DNA from: Octopus vulgaris
Lineage: Eukaryota
Reading direction: 5' to 3'
NCBI GenBank assembly: GCA_951406725.2
Contig: OX597820.1
Span: 31,744,001-31,808,000 of the forward strand
DNA length: 64,000 bases
The notes beneath the pieces are model-generated. The model worked only from the letters and a program-made list of their open reading frames with translations, ran no database searches and was not told the origin of the DNA. The position numbers and the translations under genes were made by a program. The stretch's first letter is position 1. Every line of letters starts with the position of its first letter. Of the stretch, positions 45,941-60,843 are shown piece after piece.

Positions 45941-46849
45941 TATTTTATTCTTGTACTTGTTTCAGTCATTTGATTGGGGCCATGCTGGAGCACTGCGGTA
46001 AAGAAATTTTAGTCGAAGAAATCGCTCCCTGGGACTTATTCTATCAATTCTCTTTTGCCGGACCGCTAAGTTACGGGGACGTAAACACACTAACATCAGT
46101 TGTCAAGCGATGATGGGGAAACAAACACAAAGACTCACACGCATACACACATACATATACATCTCGACATATATATACGACGAGCTTCGCTCAGTTTCCA
46201 TCTACCAAATCCACTCACAAAGCTTTGGTGGTACCAATGCTATATTAGATGACACTTGCCCGGAACCTTGTGGTTGGGAAGGAATCTTCTTACCACACAG
46301 TCACGTCTGCGAGATATAATAAATATAATAGATTTTGCAGTTCCTATTTACCATATGAATATATGTGTGTATGTACGTTTGTAAGTGTGTGTGTGTGTGG
46401 TGGGGTGTTAATCACTATGCTCAGAAAAATAAGATTGTTCCAACATGTATCGTGGCTGGCCTGGCAGTCTTCAGAGAAAAAGATCTCATCCTTATGCCTA
46501 CTAAGAGATCTTGAAAGTAGTCGTTTTTTAAGTTTGTCACAAACCAGTACGTAGTTGAAATAGCCATATATATATATGCATGAAAGACGTGTTGAATATG
46601 TGTAGGACATATGAGTGTGTATGTATGTGTGTGTGTGTGTGCGTGTGAGCGTGTTGTTGTGTGAGTGTGCGTGCGTATGTATGTGAGTGCGTGTCTGTGC
46701 GTGTTTGTGTGTGTATATAAACCATTTTTAATGGTTCGACATGAAGTAGATAAATCTACAAATGACAGCATGTAAACACAGCGTTAAAAAGCCCTTGGTT
46801 GAAAAAGCTCAAAGGATGTCCGTAGGACACGAACCCACAACACACACAC

Positions 46850-46891
<42 letters not shown>

Positions 46892-47099
46892 AAACTTACT
46901 TGGAGGAGATGAAACGAAACGAAAACGAATCGAATCAACGCGAGGGCGCTCAGTCATACAATAGTGTACTAGATAAAATATATGCATACATACATACATA
47001 TATGTACGTACCGACATCTACATGTATATATACATGTATATTATATATGCATACGTACATATATGTATGTATGTATGTATGCATATATTTTATTTATTA

Positions 47100-47205
<106 letters not shown>

Positions 47206-47436
47206 GGACGCACATATATACACGCACGTACTTATATACGCGTACACGCATATACGTATATATGCTTTTGTGTACGCGGGCGAGTATGTACGTTTGTATG
47301 TGTATACATATATACATACATACATTCATACATACATACATACATACATACATACATACATACATACATACATACATACATACATACATACATACATACA
47401 TACATACATACATACATACATACATACATACATACA

Positions 47437-47470
<34 letters not shown>

Positions 47471-48606
47471 AATATGACTACCTGTAAACATACATTTTCT
47501 ATTTATCGTATTTGCAATGAATATCGTTATCTGAAGATTAATATCCTAAATATTTATCTCTTTGTACTTGTTAGTATATCTAAGAGTGTATTTACCAAAA
47601 TACCAAGAGTCAAAGTTCTCTTTAATCTATCCTATCCCATTGCACTCACTGTACATGTATTTTTATAATTAGTCCTCCCCCACAAAACCTAATAATTTGG
47701 CCGTATTTCTTAACGAACATCTGAAAATTATCTTCGTTCACGTTCATACATCCATCCGTCAATAGAAAAGCTTCCACTCTATATAATCTGTATTTACGTA
47801 TCACGTACAGTACGGAAATGAAACTATCCCGTCTAAGATAAAGTATGTTCTAAGATATGAATGTCTTTATATTCGACACCTTAGCAAAGGGGTGAGCTGG
47901 CAGAAACGTTACCTCGGACCAAGTTGTTCTCAGATTTACGTTCTAATCTTATCTTGGTCGACTTAGCCTTTCTGGGGTTTTTTTCAAATCCTTTCGAGGT
48001 CGATGAAATAAGTACCAGTTAAACACTTGGGTCAATGCAATAGGGCTAGACTTTTCTCCTAAAATTTCGGGCTTTGTGCCTATAGTAGAAAAAAAAATCA
48101 TTTTTATGAATATTATATGTTGGCAAGATCGTTAGCGCGTCGTGAAAATTCCTCAGCGGCATTTCTGTTGGCTCTTTACATTCTGAGTTCAAATACCGCC
48201 GAGGTGAACCTTTCCTTTTATCCTTTCGAGGTCAATGGAATCAGTACCTGTTGAGCACTGGGGTCGATATAATCGACTATTCCCCTTCATCCAAAATATC
48301 AGGCCTTGTCCCTAAAGTATGAAGGATATAATCGATTTAACCCCTCTTCTCAAAATCGAACTCCTTGTGCCAAGACTAGAAAGAACGAGTCGACCTCAAA
48401 AAAAAAAAAAAAAAACCGTAAAAGAATCTTGTCTATTTTTGCCCATACATGTATAGATGAATGGTGAACCTTGATCTACCCAACATCTTTCCGCATATTA
48501 ATCTCTTTCTACAACTTACCTCGTATAAAGATTCTTTGTATTGAAATTTAGGGGCACTGATCTCCATAATATATTTGATTGCCAGACTGCTTTTAGTCCG
48601 TCTCGA

Positions 48607-48683
<77 letters not shown>

Positions 48684-48684
48684 G

Positions 48685-48853
<169 letters not shown>

Positions 48854-49296
48854 CTAATAACTGTAATACACATATATTAAATATATTTATTACATATATA
48901 TTATAAATATAATATATAACATATGATATATATGGATGTACATGTATATATAATATCTATATATACATATATATGTATATAATAATATATACATATACGT
49001 ATATAATCCTTTCTCTCTATATATGTCTGTATATGTATAAAAAAATGATAAACGTCGCCCTTTTCAAGCCTAGCCAGGCACATGGGCCCTGTTTCTGTGG
49101 CGTATGTGTCCCCACCAGCTGGACGGGGCCAGTCCATCGCAGCGTTACTCAAGAAACAGGAAGAGAGAGGGAGAGAGAAAGTTGTGGCGAAAGAGTACAA
49201 CAGCGGTCGCCACTACCCCCTGCCGGAGCATCGTGGAGCTTTTAGGTGTTTTCGCTATATATATATATATATATATATATTTATTATATAGAAGGA

Positions 49297-49345
49297 GCTT
49301 CTACAGGACTAGTACTGTTTCATTCAAGAGAAATCTTCAGGAAGC
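49297..49345 (-). ncRNA. Type I hammerhead ribozyme within a palindromic (TA)n-flanked mini-element
   Basis: Minus strand: GCTTC CTGAAGA t-ttc tctt gaa-t GAA ACAG tactagtc CTGT A GAAGC. Stem I is 5 bp, stem III is 4 bp, with a GUA site. Confidence 0.8.
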
Positions 49346-49495
49346 ATCTTCTCTTGAATGCATCTTATCTTCTCTTGAATGAAACAGTACTAGTCCTGTA
49401 AAGCTCCTTCTATATAATAAATAAATTAATTTTACTCTGCTATGTATTGAGTACCTTACTTACTGTGGTTAACCCCGAATCAACCCGGGAACTAC

Positions 49496-49528
<33 letters not shown>

Positions 49529-49670
49529 ATGTAGGTCCCGGGTTTCGGGGTTTTTAATAAGGTACTCAATACATAGCAAGTAAAAATTTATTTTATAGAA
49601 GGAGTTCTACAGGACTAGAACTGTTTCATTCATTTTTTTTAATGAAACAGTTCTAATGAACTCCTTCTAT

Positions 49671-49753
<83 letters not shown>

Positions 49754-49811
49754 AAATATTAGGGAATAAATCCAAACTTACAGGGAAAAATCAGATTTAG
49801 GATTGAATCCA

Positions 49812-49887
<76 letters not shown>

Positions 49888-50589
49888 CAAACACGCACAC
49901 ACATACATACGTGCAGACTAGCACATACCAGTAACTAAACGCACTTCTATTGTTAACATGTTTGTACTATTTTTACTTCCGGGAATAGTAAACTACATAC
50001 TTCTTTTAATTAAATCTACCCGCCTTGATTGTACTCACGCTATTGGTATTCGTATAATTTGCCTCAGAAGTAATTAATCAGCTGTGTTTTCAAAGTCAAT
50101 ATCCTTAAATGTTTCCCCACCCCTACGCTTTGTCCATCGTTTAATTGATTCATTCAAAACCTAAATTTCATCTACACACATTAGGATGCTATTTCATCAT
50201 TCATCCCTCGCTTGTTTCAGATCATGCTGGGGCACCTCTTTGATGGATTTTATTCGAACGAATCAATCCAAGACATTCTCAAGAGAAGTCTGGTATTAAT
50301 TGTATAAATGCCTTTTGCTGAACAGCTAGAATAAGTACCAGGTTTAAAAAATAAAAACAGTGAGTACAGGAGCCGATTTTCTCGACTATAACCCCTTCAA
50401 GGCGGGCCCCATCTTAGCCTCCGTCACTTTGAAGATGAAAATCATGTTTTCTCAATGATTTTTTGATGTATTTTAAACAAATGTGACCATCAAAACAGCC
50501 TAAAATCATTCGTTCTATAGATAAAATTTCACCTTCAATGTGAGGCGGGTGTACATAGTGAAAAGTTAACAAAATCGGGCGGTTTATTG

Positions 50590-50950
50590 AGTTATGATCC
50601 GCCGGTGGCGGATAGATGCTCTCAACATGTCGGGTGTCCTCTTGTACGAAAGTCAGGAAGACCTTCGGTCCCAGTCACGGGGGTGGGGCATGTGGCACCC
50701 CCGCCTGGACTGCGGGTCCTGTTGGCGAAGTTGCCCCGTTCCACTTTAATATATTGGGAACTCCCTGTCCCTTGAGCTTGCGTTCGCACTGCGCGGGTCG
50801 CCCGCTTCAATTGGCCTCGGGGGTAGAGGAGGTGGGGTGCGAGGGGCCCACCGCTTCGGTCCACCCTCGCGCCCCATGTTGCGTCCGGGAACCATGCCTC
50901 CACGCGGTACGGTGTCGAACGGGAGTCCGATGACAGACGCGGATCATACT
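50590..50950. mobile_element. GC-rich 361-bp element with short terminal inverted repeats (solo LTR or MITE)
   Basis: Ends agttatgatccgc / gcggatcata-ct. Abrupt GC island with a central ttaatatatt and multiple hairpins. Confidence 0.55.
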
Positions 50951-51293
50951 TTCAAACGATCACATTACGGCATACTAGTTAAATCTTATTCGTTTTAATA
51001 AAACATAAAAAATTGCTCAAATCTAAACTTATCTCATTTTATTTGTGTTCGTGTGTGTGTTTTTTTCTTTCTGATAATCTTTAGATACAGAGATCGCGGT
51101 ATATAACAAAATCACTTTGAAAGATTACCATTTACGATAATAAATTGCTTTTGTACTGTTTGTTATGTTTACCCCAAATATATATTTAGGTTAGGCATGT
51201 TTTTATATTAAAACGCAATAAAACAGTTAACACACGCGTGCGCTCACAGACAGAGATACGCGCAAACACTCACACATTCGTACATTCACACAC

Positions 51294-51352
<59 letters not shown>

Positions 51353-51385
51353 TATACGTTATTAAAAAGCAGCAAACATATTACA

Positions 51386-51431
51386 AAAACTGTTACTCAG
51401 AGTTTCACGTTCCCGTTCGTCGGACAGTTTT
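51386..51431 (-). ncRNA. Minimal type I hammerhead motif with CCGACGA core (left arm of a palindrome)
   Basis: Minus strand: AAAACTGT CCGACGA ACG GGAA CGT GAA ACTC T GAGT A ACAGTTTT. A mirror copy lies on the plus strand at 51447-51492. Confidence 0.7.
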
Positions 51432-51629
51432 ATTTAGATTCTAGACAAAACTGTCCGACGAACGGGAACGTGAAATTTTGAGTAACGGTTTTTGTGATAT
51501 TTTTGCTGCTTTTTAATAAAGCATATTACTCTGCCTCTCGTATTCGAGTACTATTTTTTCCACCTTGTTTCGCATTTATGTGATTATTCTGGTATATGAG
51601 AATATGTATAGATATATATGTATGTGTGT

Positions 51630-52139
51630 AGGCTTATATCAAGTGCCTGGAAGAGGTAGTGCTGCCCTGGGTCAAGAGGGTGGGTTCTGGAAGACCCTAT
51701 ATCTGGCAACAGGACTCTGCGCCATGCCACACAAGCAAGAGAACCCAGTCATGGCTGTCAGACAATTTCTGCGACCACACCACCCTTAACATCTGGCCAC
51801 CTAACTCCCCAGACTGCAACTCCCTTGATTATTACGTGTGGGGCGCAGTTGAGCGAGAGACCAACAAAACTCCTTGTAACACCCAATGATGAATTGAAAG
51901 CAAGGATTATAGACAAGGCAAGGATTATAAACAAGGTGACCGTTCAGAAGAGTTGCAGGAGATTCCGAAGTCGTCTGGAGGACGTGGTTGAAGCCAATGG
52001 CGATTTTATTGAATAAATTTACTCTTTAGTATTTCAAGATATTTTTATGTAATTTGGGTAAATATATTTTTAAAAATGAAATGTCAGTGTTATTTTCATT
52101 TATGCTTAATTTCGACGACAGTTTATTTATCACACCCTG
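51630..52139 (+). mobile_element. maT (DD37D) transposon 3' fragment
   Basis: WQQD-x37-DYYVWG (SAPCHTSKRTQSWL...WPPNSPDCNSL). Ends cacaccctg|TA. Confidence 0.88.
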
Positions 52140-53280
52140 TAAACATATATGTGTACATGACAAACTTCTTTCAGTTTCCGTATACTAAATGCACCCAGAA
52201 GGATTTGGTCGGCTGAGAGTTACAATAGAGGACATCAACCCAAGGTGTCACTCAGTGCATTTGAATCCGGAACCATGTGGTTGGGAAGCAAGCGTATTAC
52301 AACAGAGCTGCACCTGCACCTTATATATTGAAAGTATATAAATAAATAAACGGATAAAGCAAACAATGTTTACAATAGTTAAAATCGCAATAAATAAAAA
52401 TACCAAAAAGGTAATAAAAAAAACGTGATTTTACGAGAGTACACATTTTAGTGAAAAATAAATTAAATAAACAAATTTTAAATCGAAGCTGTCTTCTCTA
52501 ACAACTAAAAGATTTGTAGAAAGGAAAGAACGGACATAAAAAAAACAAGCAGGAAATATTTACAAATATTTATTTTAGAAATTAAAATAAAATTTAAAAA
52601 AAGCAAAAGAAAAGCAAAAACAAACAAACAAACAAACAAATACACAGAGGCAGAATTGTCCTCAGATTGACACCCAAACACTCTGAAATGTTCGTATTGA
52701 AGCCTCTGGCGCGAATACCAAGCTGTACAACATGTCGTTTCCAAATTTCTGGCAAAGGGACTTGCGTCATGGTGCTGTTTTTCTCACAGACGTTGCCCAA
52801 CTGACCCGGCTGTGTGGTTATGAAGCTTGCTTTGCAACCATGTGTGTGTTTTCCGGTCACCTTGGGGCAATTGTCTTTTACTTTAGATCCAGACTGATGA
52901 ATGCTTTGTGAGTGAATTTGGGAAACGGAAACTGTTTAGAAGCTCGTCGTCTGTATGTGTGTGTTTGGGTTGGTCTTCCTCCTCCTCAACACACACACTG
53001 TTTGACAACCGGTGTTGGTTTGCTTACGTTCCCATAACATAGCAGATCGTCAAACGATAGAATAAGTGCCAGACTTAATAATTCGACTAAGTCGTTTAAG
53101 GCGGTGCCCCAGCATGGCTACAGTCCAATGACTGAAGCAAGTAAAAAAAGAAATATGAGACGTATCTCAGAAAATTTTGATGCGTTGACATCCTGAGTAT
53201 ATAGACTGCATAAACAGTGACATAGCGTGAGCTGTGCGTGAACAGGGCAGCCATTTTATATATTTGTATTTGCTGTAGTC

Positions 53281-53793
53281 CAGGGGTGGGGAAACCCCGC
53301 CCGCGGGCGCAATTGCGCCCGGGAGCCCGTTTTATTGTGCCCACAGGCTGATATACTCATATGTACGAAATATAGTAAAGTTTTCAATCAAAATTTATTC
53401 AATATTCGTATACCTATTTTCGAGAGGTCGCGTTTTCACTACGACTTAAAATGATCAGAAATCGTCCGATAATTTCCATTTGAATGAAAATTTTGTTTTC
53501 ACTATAAAGCACATGTTGTTAGGTTTATACTACACCCTTGAGTCCCAACTACACTTTTGCTGAAAAATACAGAATACCTCATGAGTAATATAAACGTCCT
53601 AAATCAGTGGCGGCGTTAATGACGATGTTACGCGTTAATTTAATGTGTTAATCTTATCTTTATTAATGTATATAGAATTATACATAGATATATACAAGAT
53701 TTACACTGATATGAGTTAATATCTGTGATCAGCCCGTGGACCTTTTTCTTAGGAAATTTTTGCCCGCCGCACTAAAAAATTTCCCCACGCCTG
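53281..53793. mobile_element. hAT MITE with perfect 8-bp TSD
   Basis: TIRs caggggtggggaaa / tttccccacgcctg. TSD ctgtagtc on both sides. Confidence 0.92.
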
Positions 53794-54464
53794 CTGTAGT
53801 CAAAGATGCATTACATTTAAGGAAAAGGGGCAGAAAATTTCGTTACAGCATGGGCAGTGAAAATGCCCCCTGCGTTACTGTATTACTCCCTCCTTTTTAA
53901 ATATCTTATGTATTTTATTGGTTTCAGTCATTTAACTGCGGCCATGCTGGTGCACCACCTTGAAGGGTTTTTAGTCGAACAAATCGACCCTAGGAATTTT
54001 TATTTTATTAGGTCTGGTACTTATTCTATCAGTCAATTTTGCTGAACCGTCGATTTTGCTGAACCGCTGACCGCAAAATCACGGGAACGTAAACACACCA
54101 ATACCGGTGTCAAACAATGGCGAGGGCCAGACACAGACACAAACACATACAAACATACACACATGAAAGGCTTCTTTCAGTTTCCGTCTACGAAATCCAC
54201 TCACAAGGATTTAAGCGGCCCGCAGTGGGACTAAACTCGGGACCTTGTGGTTGGGAAGAAAGCTTCTTACCACATAGCTACGCTTGCGCCTATATATTTA
54301 CGCATATATTATATTTCGTAAGATGTATTATTTCCTATATTTCATGTTTTTTTGAAGCGGCCATGCTGGTGCAGCGCCTTGAAATGTTTAGGCGAACAAA
54401 CGACTCCCTGTACTTATACATATTTTATCAGCACTTTTATCGAACTGAAAAGCGGTGTGGAGAT

Positions 54465-54575
<111 letters not shown>

Positions 54576-54589
54576 CACACAATAATGGC

Positions 54590-54800
54590 TTCAAATTATG
54601 GCACAAAGCCAGCAATTTGAAGGAAGTGTGTAAGTTGATTACATCGACTCCCTCTGTACTCGACTGGTACTTATTTTATCGATCCCGAAAGGATAAAAGA
54701 CAGAGTCGACCTCGGTGAAATTTGAACTTAGAACGTAAGGACGGAAGAAATGCCGCTAAGCACTTTGTCCGGCGTGCTAACGATTCTGCCAGCTCACCAC
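54590..54800 (-). mobile_element. SINE family S2
   Basis: Full head and body. Further copies at about 25060-25268, 29332-29535, 34450-34660, 36153-36346, 47888-48380, 57603-57820, 58593-58735 and 62270-62486. Confidence 0.85.
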
Positions 54801-54856
54801 TTTCACAACACATAGTAATACACACTTGTGTGTGTGTGTGTGTATGTATGTATGTG

Positions 54857-54960
<104 letters not shown>

Positions 54961-55391
54961 ACCCTCATTTTGTAATTGTATGAATGAATATGAGTGTTTG
55001 TGTGTTTAGGTAGGCGTTTAATGAGATATGGAAGACCAATCGCATAAAAAACACTAACATCACCAATAACAACAACAACAACAACAACAACACGAGCAGC
55101 AACAATAGCGACAACAATATTATTACGCAGCATTTTCTGTTTTTTTTTCTTCTTTGTGTTTGACTTCCGTTGAAAGTATGTATTAAAGTGTGACACAAAT
55201 ATTTCCTCACGTATCATCTTTTGGGTGCAGCTGATTCACACACACCCCTTCCCACTGGGAATCACTGTCATGGTAGTGGTCGTGGAGGTAGCGGCGGCGG
55301 TGGTGGAAATGAATGTTTCTCACCTCATGTACCTGTCGTCTTGTCACTAACCACCACAACAACGACGACGACCACCACCACCACCACAACC

Positions 55392-55450
55392 ATGGAACAC
55401 AAATCACCTTATTGGGAAGATGCCGTTGCCATCGTGTCACCGGATTATCG
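55392..55450 (+). CDS. Possible short first coding exon of an unidentified host gene ([19 protein letters not shown]...)
   Basis: Non-repetitive sequence, strong acaaccATGG context and a stop-free upstream frame. The donor cg|gtgcta is weak and no family is recognised. Confidence 0.25.
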
Positions 55451-55651
55451 GTGCTATTGCATAATTTTTATTATAAGACAATATCAGAAGAGGGTGCATG
55501 TTTTTTGTTATGTATGTACGTATATATGTATACGTGTATGTGTGTTGTATGTTGATATGTTTGAATATATGTATGTGTATGTGTGCTTGTATATATGTAT
55601 GTCCCTGTATATCTATGTAGGCACGTATAGATCTCGCTGGTTGTTTCTACG

Positions 55652-55695
<44 letters not shown>

Positions 55696-55761
55696 TAAAC
55701 GTATGTACATATATATACAAATATGTATGTGTATATAATATATATATATGTATATATACAA

Positions 55762-55904
<143 letters not shown>

Positions 55905-56105
55905 TGTGTGTGTGTGTGTAGCTGTGTGTGTCTATGTATGTGTGCATTTGGTTTTGCCCGGACACTCTGACACTATTCAAGGACAAAACAAAAAATAAAA
56001 AAACAGCAACATTTTGTCGAACTATCAGTTATTGATAAAACGTGTTCACTCGCTTTATTCTACATGACCTTAACATGTTTTATGAGCTAGGTGTTACTCG
56101 CATGA

Positions 56106-56159
<54 letters not shown>

Positions 56160-56374
56160 AAATATATATTATGTATAAATATATTTGTGCGTGTATGTAT
56201 ACTTGTATATATATGTATGTGTATATATAGATATATAGATATATATACATACATATATATATATACATATATATATAATATATACATACATATATATATA
56301 TTATATATATTATATATGTATATATATCATATATATATATATATATATGTATGTATTATATATATTATATATAA

Positions 56375-56451
<77 letters not shown>

Positions 56452-56602
56452 TTATACACACATACACATATATATACACATTTACAGACACGCAATATAT
56501 ATACTTACTGATGACTGAGGGCTTCGAATGTCCCGTCCTGTGGTTCTTGTGTCGTCTCTTTGGTGTTTCATGTTCTTGTCCATGTCTGTATTTATTTTTT
56601 AC

Positions 56603-56669
<67 letters not shown>

Positions 56670-57241
56670 CCATAAGAAAATGGAGAGGATCAATAGGTGG
56701 TATTTATTAACTTTTAGACATTATATTATGTCAATTTATTTATTTACTAAAAGGACAATTATAACAATATACATACATGTATAACATATTATGCTTCACA
56801 TATATAATATATAAAGATATCAATAATTATTAAAATAAATAACATACAGGAATAGAAATTGCGTATACATTTATATTATATATATTTATGTATATGTATG
56901 TATACAAATACATACATGTATAAGGCTTTACCAATATGTTTATATATGTAAATACATATGCTTGTATGTGTGTGTGTCTAGTGAGAGAAAGTGAAACGGA
57001 CGAGAAAGATAGATTGATAGAAAGCCAAATCGATTGCTTGATATATAGATAGATAGATAGACAGATAGTAACATAGATAGTAATATATATATATAGAGAG
57101 AGAGAGAGAAAGAGAGAGAGAGAGGGAGATAGATAGATAGATAGATAGATAGATTGATAGATAGATAGATAGATAGACAGATAGTAACATAGATAGTAAT
57201 ATATATATATATATAGAGAGAGAAAGAGAGAGAGAGGGGGG

Positions 57242-57280
<39 letters not shown>

Positions 57281-57283
<3 letters not shown>

Positions 57284-57423
57284 TTAGTTAGTTAGTTAAT
57301 TTGGCTCAAAAGCAAATAGCAAGGCCATGTAGGGGGACATGGAGTTAAGTACAGGGTGGTGTTCATGTAAAGAGTTCAGGCCACTTGAGGTCAAGGGAGG
57401 CTTTGAACAAAGCGGTCGTCGGC
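57281..57423 (-). mobile_element. CR1-clade LINE 3' stub with (TAAC)n tail inside (GATA)n
   Basis: [19 protein letters not shown] matches the CR1 C-terminal FKxxLDxxW motif, followed by a short UTR and aactaactaact. Confidence 0.7.
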
Positions 57424-57552
<129 letters not shown>

Positions 57553-58312
57553 CTGATAGATATGTAATATTGATTATGAATATCAATATTAATACTGAAA
57601 TTAAGGCGGTAATCTGCTAGAATCGTTAGCACGCCAGGTAGGATGCTTAGCAGAACTTCGTTCATCTTTACCTTCCGAGTTCAAATACCGCCGACGTGAA
57701 CTTTGCCTTTCATCTTTTCGGGGTCCTCAAAATAAATACCAGTTGAGTACTGGGGTCGATGTAATCGACATAGCCTCTCACCCGAAACTGCTGGCCTTAA
57801 GCCAAAATTCGAAACCAATATTAAAATAGAAATTTCTTCATGGTTATCTTTCAGCATTTAGTCTATCCTATCTAAATGTGGAGATAAAACCAGAAAATAT
57901 CTCGTATGTTATTTAATACACCCTTCTTAGACTCTGTGGTGCAAATAAATACCACTAATCAACCCAAGTTATTTCTCTTATATCATTATCGTTTCATTTA
58001 TATGAATTACTTAGGCCACAAAAGTCTTCTACTCTTTTTTTTGTTGTTTATGTCTAAGTATTTTGTTTGCTTAAAATACGGTAGGGCAATCGTTATGCAG
58101 TGGACACTTACTGTGGGTCCTACAGTTGCCTTCTTAATCTTCAAACAGTCAGACTGCATGCTTTTGTTAATGACTTGTCAATTTTGGAGAATTTATGATT
58201 CTCAAGATTATCGCCACTTCTCATTTGGAGTTGACGGCAATTAGTACCAAGCACTTAGGAAGTAGGTATAATTCCAGTACATTAAACATTTATCATGTAT
58301 GTTGTTCAATAT

Positions 58313-58368
<56 letters not shown>

Positions 58369-58448
58369 ACACACACACATATATATATATATATATACAG
58401 ATATGTGTGTATATATATATACATATATGTGTATATATATATGTATAC

Positions 58449-58512
<64 letters not shown>

Positions 58513-58515
58513 ATG

Positions 58516-58572
<57 letters not shown>

Positions 58573-59266
58573 ACGTTTTGTATCGTAAAATTAAGGCGGC
58601 GAGCTGGCAGAATCGTTTAGCAGGCCGGGCAGAATGCTTGATGGTATTTCGTTCATCTTTACGTTCTGAGTTCAAATTCCGCCGAGGTTAACTTTGTCTT
58701 TGATCCTTTTGAGGTCGATAAATTAAGTACCGTTTCAATACAAGGTTCTACCCAGAATGACTTACTATTTTAAACTTCAAATGCCGAGAGGACATAAATC
58801 ATTAAAGCGTCGTAATCAACACCACGAGAGTTAGCTGTGCCTTTCCTTCTTGTCAGATCATTAATATAAAGTACAAGGCATGTACTATAGCTGATGGGAT
58901 TCGATTAACCTCCTCCCTTCAAAATTTCTGGCCTTCTACTTAAACAAGAAATCATAGACAATTTTACATTATCCGACTAATCATCTCATACGTTTTAATC
59001 ACAGTAAAAATTAGTTTCATATTTGCTGCTATAAGATATAAAATACTCATAACTGCTCATTAATATGTGTCCTTCGTGGATGAAGACGACACGATATAAT
59101 TTGCAGAATATTGGCTTGCTATTTCTAGCAAACGGTCTGTCCATGTACAGTGTCACGCGTTGACTCATTAAATAGGTTAAATATGCAGGTTGCTTATCAG
59201 GTTCCAAATGTATAGAAGTTGAGTAAATACTGTCCAGTAAAAGAGATATGTCGTATGTGTGAGTGA

Positions 59267-59331
<65 letters not shown>

Positions 59332-59608
59332 TATACTGGTTAAGCAATTAGAACATGTATGGACCGGTAATACGAGATAATAGAGTGAATGACTTTTCTT
59401 ATCTCACCTATCTCTTCTTCCCGCTCTGTCCCACGTCCCTCTCTGAGTATACATACATACATGCTAGCATATATGCATGTGTGTGTGTATATGTGTGTAT
59501 GCGTGTGTGCTTGTGAAGTTATATGCTTAAGTGTTTGTATACACACACAGATATATATATATATTATATATATATATATGTGTGTGCATATGTATATATA
59601 TGTATGCG

Positions 59609-59641
<33 letters not shown>

Positions 59642-59931
59642 GTATATATATATATATGTTCTACCTGTGTTTCTATGTATTATTACCTTATGGTTGCAGT
59701 TAAAGTGTCAACGTGTGTGCGTATATGTGTGTGTGTGTGCGTTGAATTATTGTAACGGATAGCACTGGTTTTACTTAGAGTGACACATAAGTCGTGCGTC
59801 TCACAGACACACACACACACGCACAAACACACACACAGACTTAATGAAATACACATATACACACATTTATATATGTTTGTCTGAATATATGTCTATCTGA
59901 TCCTCTGTATATGCATATATGTAAGTACATG

Positions 59932-60005
<74 letters not shown>

Positions 60006-60076
60006 GTGTATATATATATATATATATACATACATACGTACATATATATATATACATACATATATATATATCTATA

Positions 60077-60112
<36 letters not shown>

Positions 60113-60478
60113 CATACATACATATGTACATGTATATATTTACATTTATTTGAGCGTATCTCACAAGCACTCACATATATATATATATATATATATATAC
60201 GTATATTACAAATATAGTACAAATATATAGTATGTATATGCGTATGTAAGCACATGTCTCTGTATGTACGCATATACCCTCACCTATGCACGTATACATG
60301 TATATGTACACGCAGTCGCATGAGGGTATTAACGGTCATGTCAGTTCGAAGTGACACAGCAACACAATACGAAGCACACACAGACTTAAAATCCTGTTTT
60401 TCATTTCTGATTCACTCGTTCGAGGTCATATGATTTCCTTGTGCCTCAACACGTTTCTTATCACTCACTCACGCACAC

Positions 60479-60556
<78 letters not shown>

Positions 60557-60775
60557 GGGTCCTTGTTTCTGTCATGGGACTGCAGCCATGGTGGAGCACT
60601 GCTTTGGAGAATTTTAGTAGCTCACTAAATAGACCCCAGTACCTATTTTTTGTAACGCCTGCTACTCATTCCTAAACCATGGGGACGCAAACACACCAAC
60701 ACCAGTTGTCAAGCGTTGATATGGGATAAACAAAGACATAGAGACACATTCAGACAAATAAACACACAGACACAC

Positions 60776-60843
<68 letters not shown>

